From Syntrophomonadaceae bacterium (lineage in GTDB: Bacteria; Bacillota; Dethiobacteria; DTU022; UBA8154): a stretch of DNA of 64,000 bases. The translations under genes and the position numbers were made by a program. Where the stretch lies: contig SLJK01000057.1 of NCBI GenBank assembly GCA_007135125.1, forward strand, positions 3,612 to 67,611. The letters run 5' to 3'. The notes under the pieces are model-generated. The model searched no databases. It was not told where the DNA came from and was given only the letters and a program-made list of their open reading frames with translations. Positions 47,454 through 57,147 of this stretch are shown here, piece after piece. Position 1 is the first letter of the stretch. The number at the start of each line of letters is the position of its first letter.

Positions 47454-47530
47454 CGGGGCGTGGCGCAGTTTGGTAGCGCGCTTGACTGGGGGTCAAGAGG
47501 TCGCAGGTTCAAATCCTGTCGCTCCGACCA
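47454..47530 (+). tRNA. tRNA-Pro (anticodon GGG), CCA encoded
   Basis: Manual fold. Acceptor CGGGGCG/CGCUCCG. D-arm GCGC..GCGC. Anticodon stem CUUGA/UCAAG with loop CUGGGGG. T-arm GCAGG-UUCAAAU-CCUGU. 3' ACCA. Confidence 0.85.
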
Positions 47531-47601
47531 TAATATATGGGGCTTTTCAAACTTCTGAATTATACTCAGAAGTCCCTGAAAGGCCCTTTTGACATTAATT
47601 A

Positions 47602-47865
47602 ATGAGGTTTTATTCTATTGTAAATAGTAGTACCCAAGATAATGAGAAAACCTATAAACAATTGATGGAATGGCGCCAGGTAAAAATTGATGATATTAGA
47701 TTTAGCAAAAAACAAATGTGGCGATCAATATATTTTACTGTTCCTGTAATTGCTGCACTGATTGGTTTATATGTCTCAAGTGAGACAATAAGAAATGCAG
47801 ACACAGTAATCCAAATGAAATATATTTTTTTGTCATTTTCATTGATTGTTTCTGCTAACCCATAA
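47602..47865 (+). CDS. Hypothetical small membrane protein in an AT-rich tRNA-adjacent segment
   Basis: 87-aa ORF with one TM segment. About 30% GC context. Confidence 0.3.
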   Translation: MRFYSIVNSSTQDNEKTYKQLMEWRQVKIDDIRFSKKQMWRSIYFTVPVIAALIGLYVSSETIRNADTVIQMKYIFLSFSLIVSANP

Positions 47866-48042
47866 TGTATAAAAGCTGAATGGATGAATTTCGGCCGATA
47901 AAAAATAGCCCCTTAAAATAAAAGGTAATAATAACAGTTCAATAGTAAAGCAAACGGAAAAACATAACCCAAACAAGCAGGAAATACCGGCCTTTCTGAA
48001 GAATTTTGTGAATTAACAGAATAAAGGAGGTTTGAGATCTCC

Positions 48043-48610
48043 ATGACTGATTTTTATATGGAAGAGCTGCCTTACTTTGAAACAATAGCCTTGGAAATGG
48101 GAGTGCAAAAGGCAAAGATCATTGACACTAACACCATTTATTTAGGTGAATGGGCAATCTGGAAGTGTCGTTATGGTTGTCCCATGTATGCCAGGGATGC
48201 CTGCCATCAACCAGAGGCCCCCGGGATTGTGGAGATGCAAAGGATGCTCAGTGGCTACCATAAGGCACTGCTTATTAATGGTTATGAGGGTCCGGAGCTT
48301 TCCCGCATTGCTTTAAAACTGGAACATGAAGCATATAAACAGGGGTATTATAAAGCCTTTGCCCTGATTGCCCTTCCTTTTAGCAAAGGGTCTACCTGAA
48401 ACCCTGCCGAACCAGGGACTCAGGCTGGGTCCAAAGAGGCGGGGAATGAAGAAGGACGGCAGCAGGCAAAAATAACAGAGATACGGCCTATGATGGAAGC
48501 CTGTGGTATCGATGTATTTAAAACCGCCAGGCTTAACGGTTTCCAAATTTCAACACGCGAAGAGACTTACGCTACTTGGAATTACTTTGCCCTGGTTTTG
48601 CTAACATAAC
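48043..48610 (+). pseudogene. DUF2284-like predicted metal-binding protein interrupted by a single in-frame TGA at 48397
   Basis: The same frame is open 5' (118 aa, CRYGCPMYARDAC) and 3' (MMEACGIDVF...) of the TGA, giving ~188 aa if read through. Confidence 0.5.
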
Positions 48611-49137
48611 AAATACAAAAGGCAGGGGTGATTTGAGCTATCTTTTTCATCTCTGCAATCTCCCCTGCGAGTTCTATCATCTCTTTTTTCCAGCTATCCA
48701 AGGTCCTCTGTCACGAAAACACATCCCTTATGAAAGTTTTCTACCTCTACTTAGATTTATTTATATAAAACAAATGAAGCACCCTTGCCAAGAAGATAGC
48801 TCCAGGGATAACCAACAGAAAGAAAATAAGATATTCCATAAGTGCAGCTCCAGACTTATTTGCTCTTTTTCTTTAAATTTCTCCAGCAACACCTAGGGAG
48901 GGAGTATTAGTGAGTCTTTCTGACTTAACTACTACATTACGTGCCCATACCATCTTCCGAATAATTTTATATAGCCGAGGCAGCACAATTTTCTCGAAGA
49001 GCTGGAATCTCATAATACCAAAGGTTAACTCTATTCAGGGAATGGCTAGCACTCGACAGAAAAGTTGGCATCCGGGCGAGGGACCAGCGTGAATCGACCA
49101 AAATGGATCAATTTTTATCGGGCTAATTGCCCGTCAT

Positions 49138-49473
49138 TTATCCTTTAGGCGCATACCTAAAGGCCGCATATTCGATGATCACCCCATAGGCGATGCCGGC
49201 GAGGAAGCCCACTAAATCGTGAAACCCGGTGGAGCTGTAAAAGGCCAGGGAGACCAGCAAGCCCAGGAACCCGCCGCGTGTGAGCGCTTGCGGCAGCGCT
49301 TTCGTCCTGCCGGCCAGCCCAATGACCAGGCCCATAAGAAGCCGGTTGTACCAGAAGGCAAACAGGTAAAAGGCTTCCTCTTCAAATCCTGACCTGACCT
49401 GAGCGCCCAAGATACAGATCACGCCCAAGATAGCCCCTGCGGCTAGCGAGACCTTCATTCGTTTTGTCAACAA
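49138..49473 (-). CDS. Hypothetical membrane protein (GC-rich, possibly fragmentary)
   Basis: 111 aa, three hydrophobic segments, about 58% GC. Confidence 0.35.
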   Translation of the reverse strand: MLTKRMKVSLAAGAILGVICILGAQVRSGFEEEAFYLFAFWYNRLLMGLVIGLAGRTKALPQALTRGGFLGLLVSLAFYSSTGFHDLVGFLAGIAYGVIIEYAAFRYAPKG

Positions 49474-49537
49474 ATTATGATTCCTCCTCCTCCTTGCAGT
49501 TTCTTGATGAGACGGATAAATGACTTGTCAAAGTTCT

Positions 49538-49804
49538 CTAAAATCCCCGTGTCTGCCCCTGCCAAGGCGGGTCTTTTTTTACCTGGAATTCTTGTACCCC
49601 GGGGCCTCCCAGGTGGCGCAACCGCCAGATCCCGTAGAGATAACTGAGGATCAAAACCGGGATGGTCACCGGCCAGCCCAGCAGGGTGTTTGCCCAGCCC
49701 AGCCGGAAGGCATCCCCCTGCTGAAAGATGATGATTTGTACACCCAAACGCATCAGAAAAAAGGAAGCCCAAAACCAGGTCACCTCTCGATAGGCTGGTT
49801 TCAC
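49538..49804 (-). CDS. Hypothetical membrane protein (GC-rich, possibly the 5' part of one disrupted gene with 49138..49473)
   Basis: 88 aa, two hydrophobic segments. Same strand and GC as its neighbour. Confidence 0.3.
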   Translation of the reverse strand: MKPAYREVTWFWASFFLMRLGVQIIIFQQGDAFRLGWANTLLGWPVTIPVLILSYLYGIWRLRHLGGPGVQEFQVKKDPPWQGQTRGF

Positions 49805-50045
49805 ATCTAATTATTTGCTGCTGGTTATGTATTTTTTCCTTTCTTTATCTTACACTGAAAACAGTGGAATATCAATTGCGAACTTCATTGCATGCGAGAT
49901 AAACCGCAAACAACATTATCCACGGTCCCCAGGGTTGACCCATGCAGGGGATTTTGGAAATAGTTGTTTTCACTCCTGCAAAATTTTATGCTAAAATAAA
50001 AAATAAGGGCCTGATTGAAATAAAAAGCCGGCCGAAAGGGGAAAA

Positions 50046-50750
50046 ATGTTTAAAACACTTTTATTCGATCTGGACGGAACGCTCCTGTCCCTGGACAGGG
50101 ATGAATTTATCAACCGTTACCTGGAAAGCGTTGCCTCTTATTTTGCTCATCTATGTGAACCGGCCGTTTTTATAAAAGTATTGCTGCAGAGCACCCAGGC
50201 GATGATGATGAACAAAAAACCGGATAAGACCAATGAAGAAGTGTTCTGGGATGATTTTATCCGGCGTATGGGTCGGTCCCGGGCAGAACTACTACCCCTC
50301 TTTACAGATTACTACTTCCATAATTTCCCTGCACTGCAGCGTTATACTCGTCCTGAGCCAATAGTCCGTCAGATGGTGGAAGCGGTATTTGCACAAAATA
50401 AAGAGGTCGTTATCGCCACTAACCCAGTATTTCCGGAAACAGCCATCCGGCACCGCTTGAAGTGGGCCGGGATTGATCACCTGCCTTTTCGCCTGGTCAC
50501 AACCTACGAAAACACCCACTTTTGTAAACCGTATCCCGAATACTATGCAGAAATTCTCAGGGAACTGGATCGTGATCCCCGGGAATGTATAATGATTGGG
50601 AATGACACCCGCGAAGACCTGGCCGCGGCACATTTAGGCATTGCCACTTACCTGGTAAAAAACAACCTGATCATGGATGACGGAGATTCTTACTTTGCTG
50701 ATTACGAAGGCTACCTGGAGGATCTGCACCAGTTTATCTGTAGTTTTTAG
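50046..50750 (+). CDS. HAD-superfamily hydrolase
   Basis: Motif I LFDLDGTL and motif IV GNDTREDL. Confidence 0.8.
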   Translation: MFKTLLFDLDGTLLSLDRDEFINRYLESVASYFAHLCEPAVFIKVLLQSTQAMMMNKKPDKTNEEVFWDDFIRRMGRSRAELLPLFTDYYFHNFPALQRYTRPEPIVRQMVEAVFAQNKEVVIATNPVFPETAIRHRLKWAGIDHLPFRLVTTYENTHFCKPYPEYYAEILRELDRDPRECIMIGNDTREDLAAAHLGIATYLVKNNLIMDDGDSYFADYEGYLEDLHQFICSF

Positions 50751-50837
50751 CTTCCCTGTATGGCCGGCAAGAATTAGTGTTGCAAAAGTTGAAGATAAAT
50801 TAAAATAGATATGTAGGAAAAGCCCGATGAAAAGCAC

Positions 50838-52442
50838 TTAATGTTTGCCCAGCACTATCTGTGACAGTTTGTTAGCATGATCAGCAACCTTTTTCAGATT
50901 ACTCAATATATCGAGGCAGTTCACACCTACATCTGGCAAACACTCCTGCTGTTTTATCCGGTTAATAAGATTCTGGCGCAAATTATCTTTCAACTCATCC
51001 ACTTCATTATCCATTTTTACCACTTCTTTTGCCAGTTCTTTGTTTTCATCTGAAAAGGCCCTGATGGCTTTTTCGAACATTTCGTCTACCTTTTCGTAAA
51101 GGGAGTAAACTTCGTTCACGGTTGTGTTGCTTGACTCTATCTTTTTGTCAAGGGTCGCCTCCGCTAATTCAAGTATATTTTGGGAATAGTCCCCAATACG
51201 TTCCAGATTATTGGCAGCGCTCATCAGTCCGGATATGGTCGTTGACTGTTGAAGCGTAAGAGACTGCTGAGAGAGGTTTTGCATGTAAAGATAGATTGAC
51301 TCCTCCAAACCATCTATCAGTTCTTTCTTCTGGTTTATGTGGGCGATTTTTTTCCTGTCGCCGTAGTAAAAAAAATCTATCGATTCTCTCACCATTTCCC
51401 TGGCAATATTTGCCATGCGAAAAAGTTCCTGTCTGGTAGCTTGAATGCCGGCGACAGGGGTTCTCAGCACCTTTTTATCCAGGTACTTTGGGCCGAACTC
51501 AAGGCTTGTCTCTTTTCCCGGAACCGCGAATTCCACGAGACGGACAAAATATTTATAAAATGGGAAAACGAGCACCGTATTCATAATGTTAAAAAAGCTG
51601 TGGGCGTTAGCCGTTTGACGTGCCACAGTGTCTCCCATTTGCAAAACCAGGCTTGTAAAAGGCCCAATAATAAGCAGGACAATCCCAACTCCAAGCAGGT
51701 TAAAAATAATATGGGCCATGGCAGTTCTTCGTGCTGCCAGGGAGGTTCCCAAACCTGCTATCAGCACCGTTATGCTGGTACCCACGTTAACCCCCAAAAT
51801 AAGCGGTATTGCTGCTTCCAGCGTGATTAGATCCTGCAGCGTAAGCGCTATAATAACTCCTGTGGCACCTGTGCTGCTTTGAATGGCAGCAGTGAATATC
51901 GCTGAACTAAGTACTCCTAGCAATGGATTCTCGGCAAAACCTACCAGTAAATCTAAAAATAAGGTGCTTTCCCGCAGAGAATACATGGCTTCCGACATGG
52001 TGCTCATGCCCAGGAAAAGCAGACCAAATCCCAAAATAGATTGGCCCAGATATTGATAAAACCTCTTTTGCGCAATAAAATTGAGCAGGGCTCCTATGCC
52101 GATGGCTGGAAGGGCTAAATAATCAAGCTCGAATGAAATTATCTGCGCAGTAACGGTAGTCCCGATATTGGCTCCCATAATGGCACCCATGGCCTGTGAA
52201 AGGTTCATTAGACCGGTGTTAACTAAGCCCACTAACATTATGGTGGTAGTACTGCTGCTCTGAACAAGAACGGTTACCATTATTCCGGTCAAGACACCGA
52301 TGATAGGCTTACTGGTAAGGACCTCGATGGTGCGCTTAAGTCTGTCACCAGCCACTTTTTGCATCCCGGAAGACATTATCTGTAAACCGTATATGAAAAG
52401 ACCCAGGCCTCCCAAAAGCCCTATAATTACGAACCAGTCCAT
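50838..52442 (-). CDS. Na+/phosphate cotransporter family protein with PhoU-like C-terminal domain
   Basis: Duplicated N-terminal Na/Pi repeats (SSSTTTIM.. / SSTGATGVI..) and a C-terminal PhoU-like helical region. Confidence 0.75.
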   Translation of the reverse strand: MDWFVIIGLLGGLGLFIYGLQIMSSGMQKVAGDRLKRTIEVLTSKPIIGVLTGIMVTVLVQSSSTTTIMLVGLVNTGLMNLSQAMGAIMGANIGTTVTAQIISFELDYLALPAIGIGALLNFIAQKRFYQYLGQSILGFGLLFLGMSTMSEAMYSLRESTLFLDLLVGFAENPLLGVLSSAIFTAAIQSSTGATGVIIALTLQDLITLEAAIPLILGVNVGTSITVLIAGLGTSLAARRTAMAHIIFNLLGVGIVLLIIGPFTSLVLQMGDTVARQTANAHSFFNIMNTVLVFPFYKYFVRLVEFAVPGKETSLEFGPKYLDKKVLRTPVAGIQATRQELFRMANIAREMVRESIDFFYYGDRKKIAHINQKKELIDGLEESIYLYMQNLSQQSLTLQQSTTISGLMSAANNLERIGDYSQNILELAEATLDKKIESSNTTVNEVYSLYEKVDEMFEKAIRAFSDENKELAKEVVKMDNEVDELKDNLRQNLINRIKQQECLPDVGVNCLDILSNLKKVADHANKLSQIVLGKH

Positions 52443-53045
52443 TTAAGCGTAATCCCTCCAGTAAAACGTCTTACAGGATTAACCTAAATATATAGATCAA
52501 CTATTTTAGTCATAATGCTTGTTTTATAAACCGTTCTTGATCCAGGCTTCATTTCCTTTTCTTTGCTACTACCATTACGAGGAACCGCAAATTAGATTTT
52601 TAAACTCTATTTGTAATTATAATTTCCATAATTTATCCTGAGCTCCTGCCTACGCAAGATGCTTTCCCGACAATTTAAAACATACTTATTTCGGCACACC
52701 CTACGAAATAAAACCTCAGGGTGATTCCCCATTAAAAAACATTGGCAGTAAAAATTACTGCTTATTTTAACTTGCCCAAATATTTTGGCATTTGCAAAGA
52801 AAAAAAGATTTGGCCGGGGATGGGGGGTGCGGAATCCAAGTTGAACCGCATCAAATTGCGTAGCGCAAAAGTGGTGGGTACTGTGGTCCTTATAAAGAAC
52901 CTAGAAGCTATTTTACATATGTTGGTGGGAAATTTTACCTGCTAAGTCTTGTCACATTGGGGCTGCTGTTTTTCAAGGATGACAGGAACAAAGATATTTT
53001 ATCCTTCAGCTGTAATGGGAAAGCTTAATCAGCCAGGCCAATGGT

Positions 53046-54242
53046 TTAACGGAACAGCCCGGGGTTGATACGGATTATTTTGTCGTCATCAGGAGCGGGA
53101 CTGCCACGACCATCACGGTTGCTGGTAAGAAGATAAAAATAGCCTTCCGGGCCTAATACTACATTTCTTAGACGTCCATACTCATCCTGCAGGTGGCTTT
53201 TGACTTCAACGACTTCAGTGCCTGAGAGCACTGCTTCATAAAGCGTGGCACCGCGCAGCCCGGCAAAAAATATACTGCCGTCGTAATAAACAGCTCCTGA
53301 AGGCGCCCACGTTTCGTCAGTCCCTGAGTGCATTGCCGGGTCTTCCATCCCCGGAGCACTCTGATCGCCTTCAATTGCAGGCCACCCATAGTTCTTGCCG
53401 GATTCAATGTGATTAAGCTCATCCTGGGCAATCGGTCCGTGTTCCGTGGCCCACAAGTTGCTTTCACTGTCCCAGGCAAGCCCCTGGGGATTGCGATGAC
53501 CGTAAGAATACACTTCAGATCCAAAGGGGTTGTCATCCGGGATGGATCCATCATCTTCAAGACGCAAGATTTTTCCGGCCAAGGAATCACGATCCTGCGA
53601 GAGATCCGGAACGCCGGCATCACCGGTAGCGATGTAAAGCAAGCTGTCAGGTCCAAAGGCCATACGACCTCCGTCGTGGGTGGTTCCACCGGGTATATCG
53701 TCAATGATGACGGTATCCTTTGAGAGTTCCCCGTCAATAAAGTGGTACCGCTCCACGCGATTAATCAGCCCACCTTCAACCCGTGCTGTGAGGTAAAGAT
53801 AAAGATAGTTGTTTTCCGTAAAGTCAGGGTGAAGAGCCATACCAAGCAGGCCGCCTTCACCAGCATGTTCTACGCGTTCAATTTGCATTGATTCCACCTG
53901 ACCATCTTCAGATACGTAAAGCAGGTTTCCGGCACGTTCAGTTACCAGCTTTTCGCCGTCAGGCAGAAAGACCAGCTCCCAGGGGATGCTAAGGTTATCT
54001 AAAACCACTTCGCGCTCGGGGCCTTCAGGAATAGTAATTTCTTGGCCGTTTTCATCAATAATTTCTGGTTCTAATTTTCCCGGTACTTCCCGGTCCTGTT
54101 CCAACCGATCATTTTCTTCCAATTCTTCCAGTATTTCATCGTCTTCACCTGCTGTTAACCATCCAGGTTGCTGATAAAAAAGATATACTACCCCTATTAC
54201 AGCAACTAAGAAAATCACCCACAGCAAATTTCTATTTTTCAT
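53046..54242 (-). CDS. Membrane-anchored PQQ-type glucose/sorbosone dehydrogenase-family beta-propeller protein
   Basis: HGGRMAFGPD, YSYGHRNPQGLAWD and GDQSAPG motifs of the soluble aldose sugar dehydrogenase (YliI) family. The ORF track extends it to 54368. Confidence 0.65.
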   Translation of the reverse strand: MKNRNLLWVIFLVAVIGVVYLFYQQPGWLTAGEDDEILEELEENDRLEQDREVPGKLEPEIIDENGQEITIPEGPEREVVLDNLSIPWELVFLPDGEKLVTERAGNLLYVSEDGQVESMQIERVEHAGEGGLLGMALHPDFTENNYLYLYLTARVEGGLINRVERYHFIDGELSKDTVIIDDIPGGTTHDGGRMAFGPDSLLYIATGDAGVPDLSQDRDSLAGKILRLEDDGSIPDDNPFGSEVYSYGHRNPQGLAWDSESNLWATEHGPIAQDELNHIESGKNYGWPAIEGDQSAPGMEDPAMHSGTDETWAPSGAVYYDGSIFFAGLRGATLYEAVLSGTEVVEVKSHLQDEYGRLRNVVLGPEGYFYLLTSNRDGRGSPAPDDDKIIRINPGLFR

Positions 54243-54466
54243 AAAACCCACACCGCTAACTTGCCTGACCCTGTAATCAAGGCAGGTAAGGCGGCTTCCT
54301 CCTTCCACTAAGATTCTTACATCTAGAAGAGAGCATGACGATTGTTTAAACATCAGTTGACCAGGCATGGATCTTGGGTGGCCACTATCGTCCTATTCCT
54401 ACCGCTGCACTGGTTAAAAGTTTTACCGGCTATCATCGGCAAAGTTAGGGCTGGGCTAAAAGGGGG

Positions 54467-55930
54467 TCAAGCTCCCAGTGCTTCAATTAATTCGTCAAGC
54501 TCTTTCAAACCGGTATATTCAGGATCGAGCACGGTTGTTACCCCTCGTCCGTAAGCTCCTATCGCTTCGCCGATTCCCCCAGTAAAAGTGGGGAAGGAAT
54601 AGATCATGGAACGCAACTTTGATATTGGTATACGGGCATGCACAGCCAGAGTAAGCAGGCCGAGAATTTCCCCACCTGGTGGCCCGACTGCCGTTGCCCC
54701 AACCAGGGTACCGGTCCTGCGGTCAGCAATCAACTTGATAACCCCACCGCTAATGCCGTGCAACATGCCACGAAAAGTCGCCGCTATCTGCTTGGTTACA
54801 ACGGCCACATCAAACCCTGCTTCCCTGGCTGCAGACTCAGTCAAACCAACTGAACCTACCTCGGGATCTGTAAAAGTAACTTGAGGCACGGAATGATATT
54901 CTGCTGGTGGATGGACTTTGCCAAGAATATCAGCAGCTATAATAGCCGATTGATAGAGGGCTACATGGGTAAGCATTGCTTTGCCTGTCACATCCCCCAT
55001 AGCCCAGACACCGTCGGCTGCACGCATCCGTTCATCGACTTCAATAAATTTTGCTGAACTATCAAGCCCGGCAGATTCAAGACCCAGGTTGGTCAAATCA
55101 GGTTTCCGGCCGGTGGCAAGAACAAGGCGCTCAGATGACAGCTCTACACCCCCGTCTAACCTGGTAATAATTGAACTGCCACGGAGCTCTACTTCCTTTA
55201 TCTTCACTCCTTTATGCACTTTAATGCCATCATCGGCAAAAGCCTTTTCCACTATCTCAGAAGCTTCAGGCTCCTCTACTCTCAACAAACGATCGCCACG
55301 CACCACTATTGTAACCCTGACCCCAAACCTGGCCAGCACCTGGCCCAGCTCACAACCGGCACCACCTCCGCCCAGGATAACGATTGATTCTGGTAAACTA
55401 TCGGCCTCAATTATGTCGTCAGTTGTCCAGTACTTAACCTTGTCGAGACCGGGAACCGGAGGTATTACAGGCTTCGCTCCGGTTGCAACCACGACACCCT
55501 TTCGTGCAGTGAAGCTTTTGTCACCCACCGTAACAGTACGCGGCCCTGTCAGCTTACCTTTTCCGTGTATCAAGCGTCCACCACGCTTCTCATATCTTTC
55601 TACCGCGCCTGCGTCGTTCCACCCCCCGGTTAGCTGACGAACCCGCCCCGCTGTCTGGTTCCAGTCGGAAGAAGTGCGGGCTTGGCCGGACATACCGTTT
55701 ACTCGATCAGCTTCCTTTAATAAATTTGCCCCACGGACCATCATTTTTGAAGGAAGACACCCATAAAAAGGGCAAGTGCCGCCTACCAAAGCGGCCTCAA
55801 TCCCAACTACATCAAGGCCGGCGTCAAGTAGCTGCAGTGAGAGATCTTCTCCACAGGTCCCAACGCCCAGCACAATCACATCAACATAATCGTCATGAGC
55901 TGCCGCCGGATTACCATTTGTATTCATCAT
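54467..55930 (-). CDS. FAD-dependent pyridine nucleotide-disulfide oxidoreductase (dihydrolipoamide-dehydrogenase/mercuric-reductase class)
   Basis: GVGTCGEDLS FAD motif, redox-active GGTCPFYGCLPSK disulfide, second Rossmann ILGGGGAGCE, C-terminal dimerisation domain. High GC. Confidence 0.75.
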   Translation of the reverse strand: MMNTNGNPAAAHDDYVDVIVLGVGTCGEDLSLQLLDAGLDVVGIEAALVGGTCPFYGCLPSKMMVRGANLLKEADRVNGMSGQARTSSDWNQTAGRVRQLTGGWNDAGAVERYEKRGGRLIHGKGKLTGPRTVTVGDKSFTARKGVVVATGAKPVIPPVPGLDKVKYWTTDDIIEADSLPESIVILGGGGAGCELGQVLARFGVRVTIVVRGDRLLRVEEPEASEIVEKAFADDGIKVHKGVKIKEVELRGSSIITRLDGGVELSSERLVLATGRKPDLTNLGLESAGLDSSAKFIEVDERMRAADGVWAMGDVTGKAMLTHVALYQSAIIAADILGKVHPPAEYHSVPQVTFTDPEVGSVGLTESAAREAGFDVAVVTKQIAATFRGMLHGISGGVIKLIADRRTGTLVGATAVGPPGGEILGLLTLAVHARIPISKLRSMIYSFPTFTGGIGEAIGAYGRGVTTVLDPEYTGLKELDELIEALGA

Positions 55931-56327
55931 TCAAACCCTCCTTATTGATCTTGATAATTACTCAGCCATTATAAATCAATTCACTCTGCGTACTCCCGGA
56001 TTCCGTGTTATACTCCGAGCAAACATCGCTTTCCAAATAAACTAATAAAAGGTTAAACCAAACAATACCAATATTTATATAATAAAAACCCCCATTCTGC
56101 CATGAGTTCATTCTCATTTTTAGATGGGGGGTGATAAAAATAACCAATCAGGTTTCTCCAAAACCGGCGCTGTTTTGTTCTAAATTAACCCAGATTAATA
56201 AGTATTTTAATCCTGAGATTCCTGCAGGGAAATGCTATAATCGTGGGGAAGTAAAATCATGGTTGAGTATTCTCCCATATTTTAACGGGGATCTTCTTCT
56301 GGAGAGGTATTTTATGGGGGGAAGAAA

Positions 56328-57137
56328 TTGCCTGCACCTGTTTTTTTCCGCGACGATTACTATAAAGGAATAGGGATATCAAAAGGTTTGGCCCGTGGAG
56401 TACAAGTGATGACGGATGGTGTAGATTTAACCCAAGAAGGGATGGGCCTGGGTACAATCGCCATTAGATCTAAAGGTTACACCTATTTTTCGCAGAATAG
56501 CAAAGTAGCCTGGATAGATTCGCAGAATATGCTTTTGGATTATGTAATTGATACAGTGCACTTATCAAGTTACAAGAATGTAGCCTATCCATTGATTACC
56601 AGGATTAGAGAGTTAGGGGTCGTTTTGTATCGTTTGTTGCCTGCTTTCCAAAAAGTAATGTTACTGACAGGCACCAAAGTTCGTCGATTCTTGGGGGTCA
56701 AAACTATATTTGTGCCTGTTCCTCCACTGGCGCGTGCACAGTTTCATTTCAAGTTTGGCACTAATAGAGTTGAGGTATGCTTAAAATTTTATGCTATCGA
56801 TAAGGACATTGATGAGATTTTTATTATGAACGAATTGGGTGCTGACTTTTTCGACTGTGGATGGAAGGCAGGTTGTCTTACCAAACCCCCGTCAGGCTGG
56901 GAAGTCTTAGAAGACACAAATAGTTTACCTTCCCTTTATAGCTCTAATGAGCATTTACGTTACTCACTTTCTGATATAATAGTAAATCAGGAATTGCCTT
57001 TTAAAGTATGTTGGGGACGAGAACAAATTGAGGATTTGTGTTGGGCTGGGTTTACCATTCAAATCAATCCAGTCGTTTCCTCAATTTCCGGTATAATTTG
57101 TCGATATACACTCATTTTTGAAGATGCTGATAATTAA
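56328..57137 (+). CDS. Hypothetical protein, translationally coupled to the B12-radical SAM gene
   Basis: 269-aa ORF with TTG start. An alternative frame (56131..56373) overlaps its 5' end. Confidence 0.4.
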   Translation: MPAPVFFRDDYYKGIGISKGLARGVQVMTDGVDLTQEGMGLGTIAIRSKGYTYFSQNSKVAWIDSQNMLLDYVIDTVHLSSYKNVAYPLITRIRELGVVLYRLLPAFQKVMLLTGTKVRRFLGVKTIFVPVPPLARAQFHFKFGTNRVEVCLKFYAIDKDIDEIFIMNELGADFFDCGWKAGCLTKPPSGWEVLEDTNSLPSLYSSNEHLRYSLSDIIVNQELPFKVCWGREQIEDLCWAGFTIQINPVVSSISGIICRYTLIFEDADN

Positions 57138-57147
57138 GGGGTCGCAT

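Noticed and set aside
47531-48040. AT-rich tRNA-adjacent block as a prophage or integrative element
   Set aside because: No integrase, no repeat of the tRNA 3' end and no phage-like ORFs are present. It is treated only as part of the recombination hotspot.
48397-48399. Selenocysteine recoding of the in-frame TGA in the DUF2284-like gene
   Set aside because: The flanking residues (Thr/Asn) are not a redox Cys-type context. No convincing bSECIS with a GGU/G apical loop was visible. A pseudogene or sequencing error is more parsimonious. It is kept only as a low-priority check.
56131-56373. 80-aa ORF overlapping the 5' end of the 269-aa hypothetical gene, possibly a frameshifted N-terminus
   Set aside because: It lies in a different frame and carries no domain evidence. 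This cannot be resolved from sequence alone. It is noted in the feature evidence rather than called.
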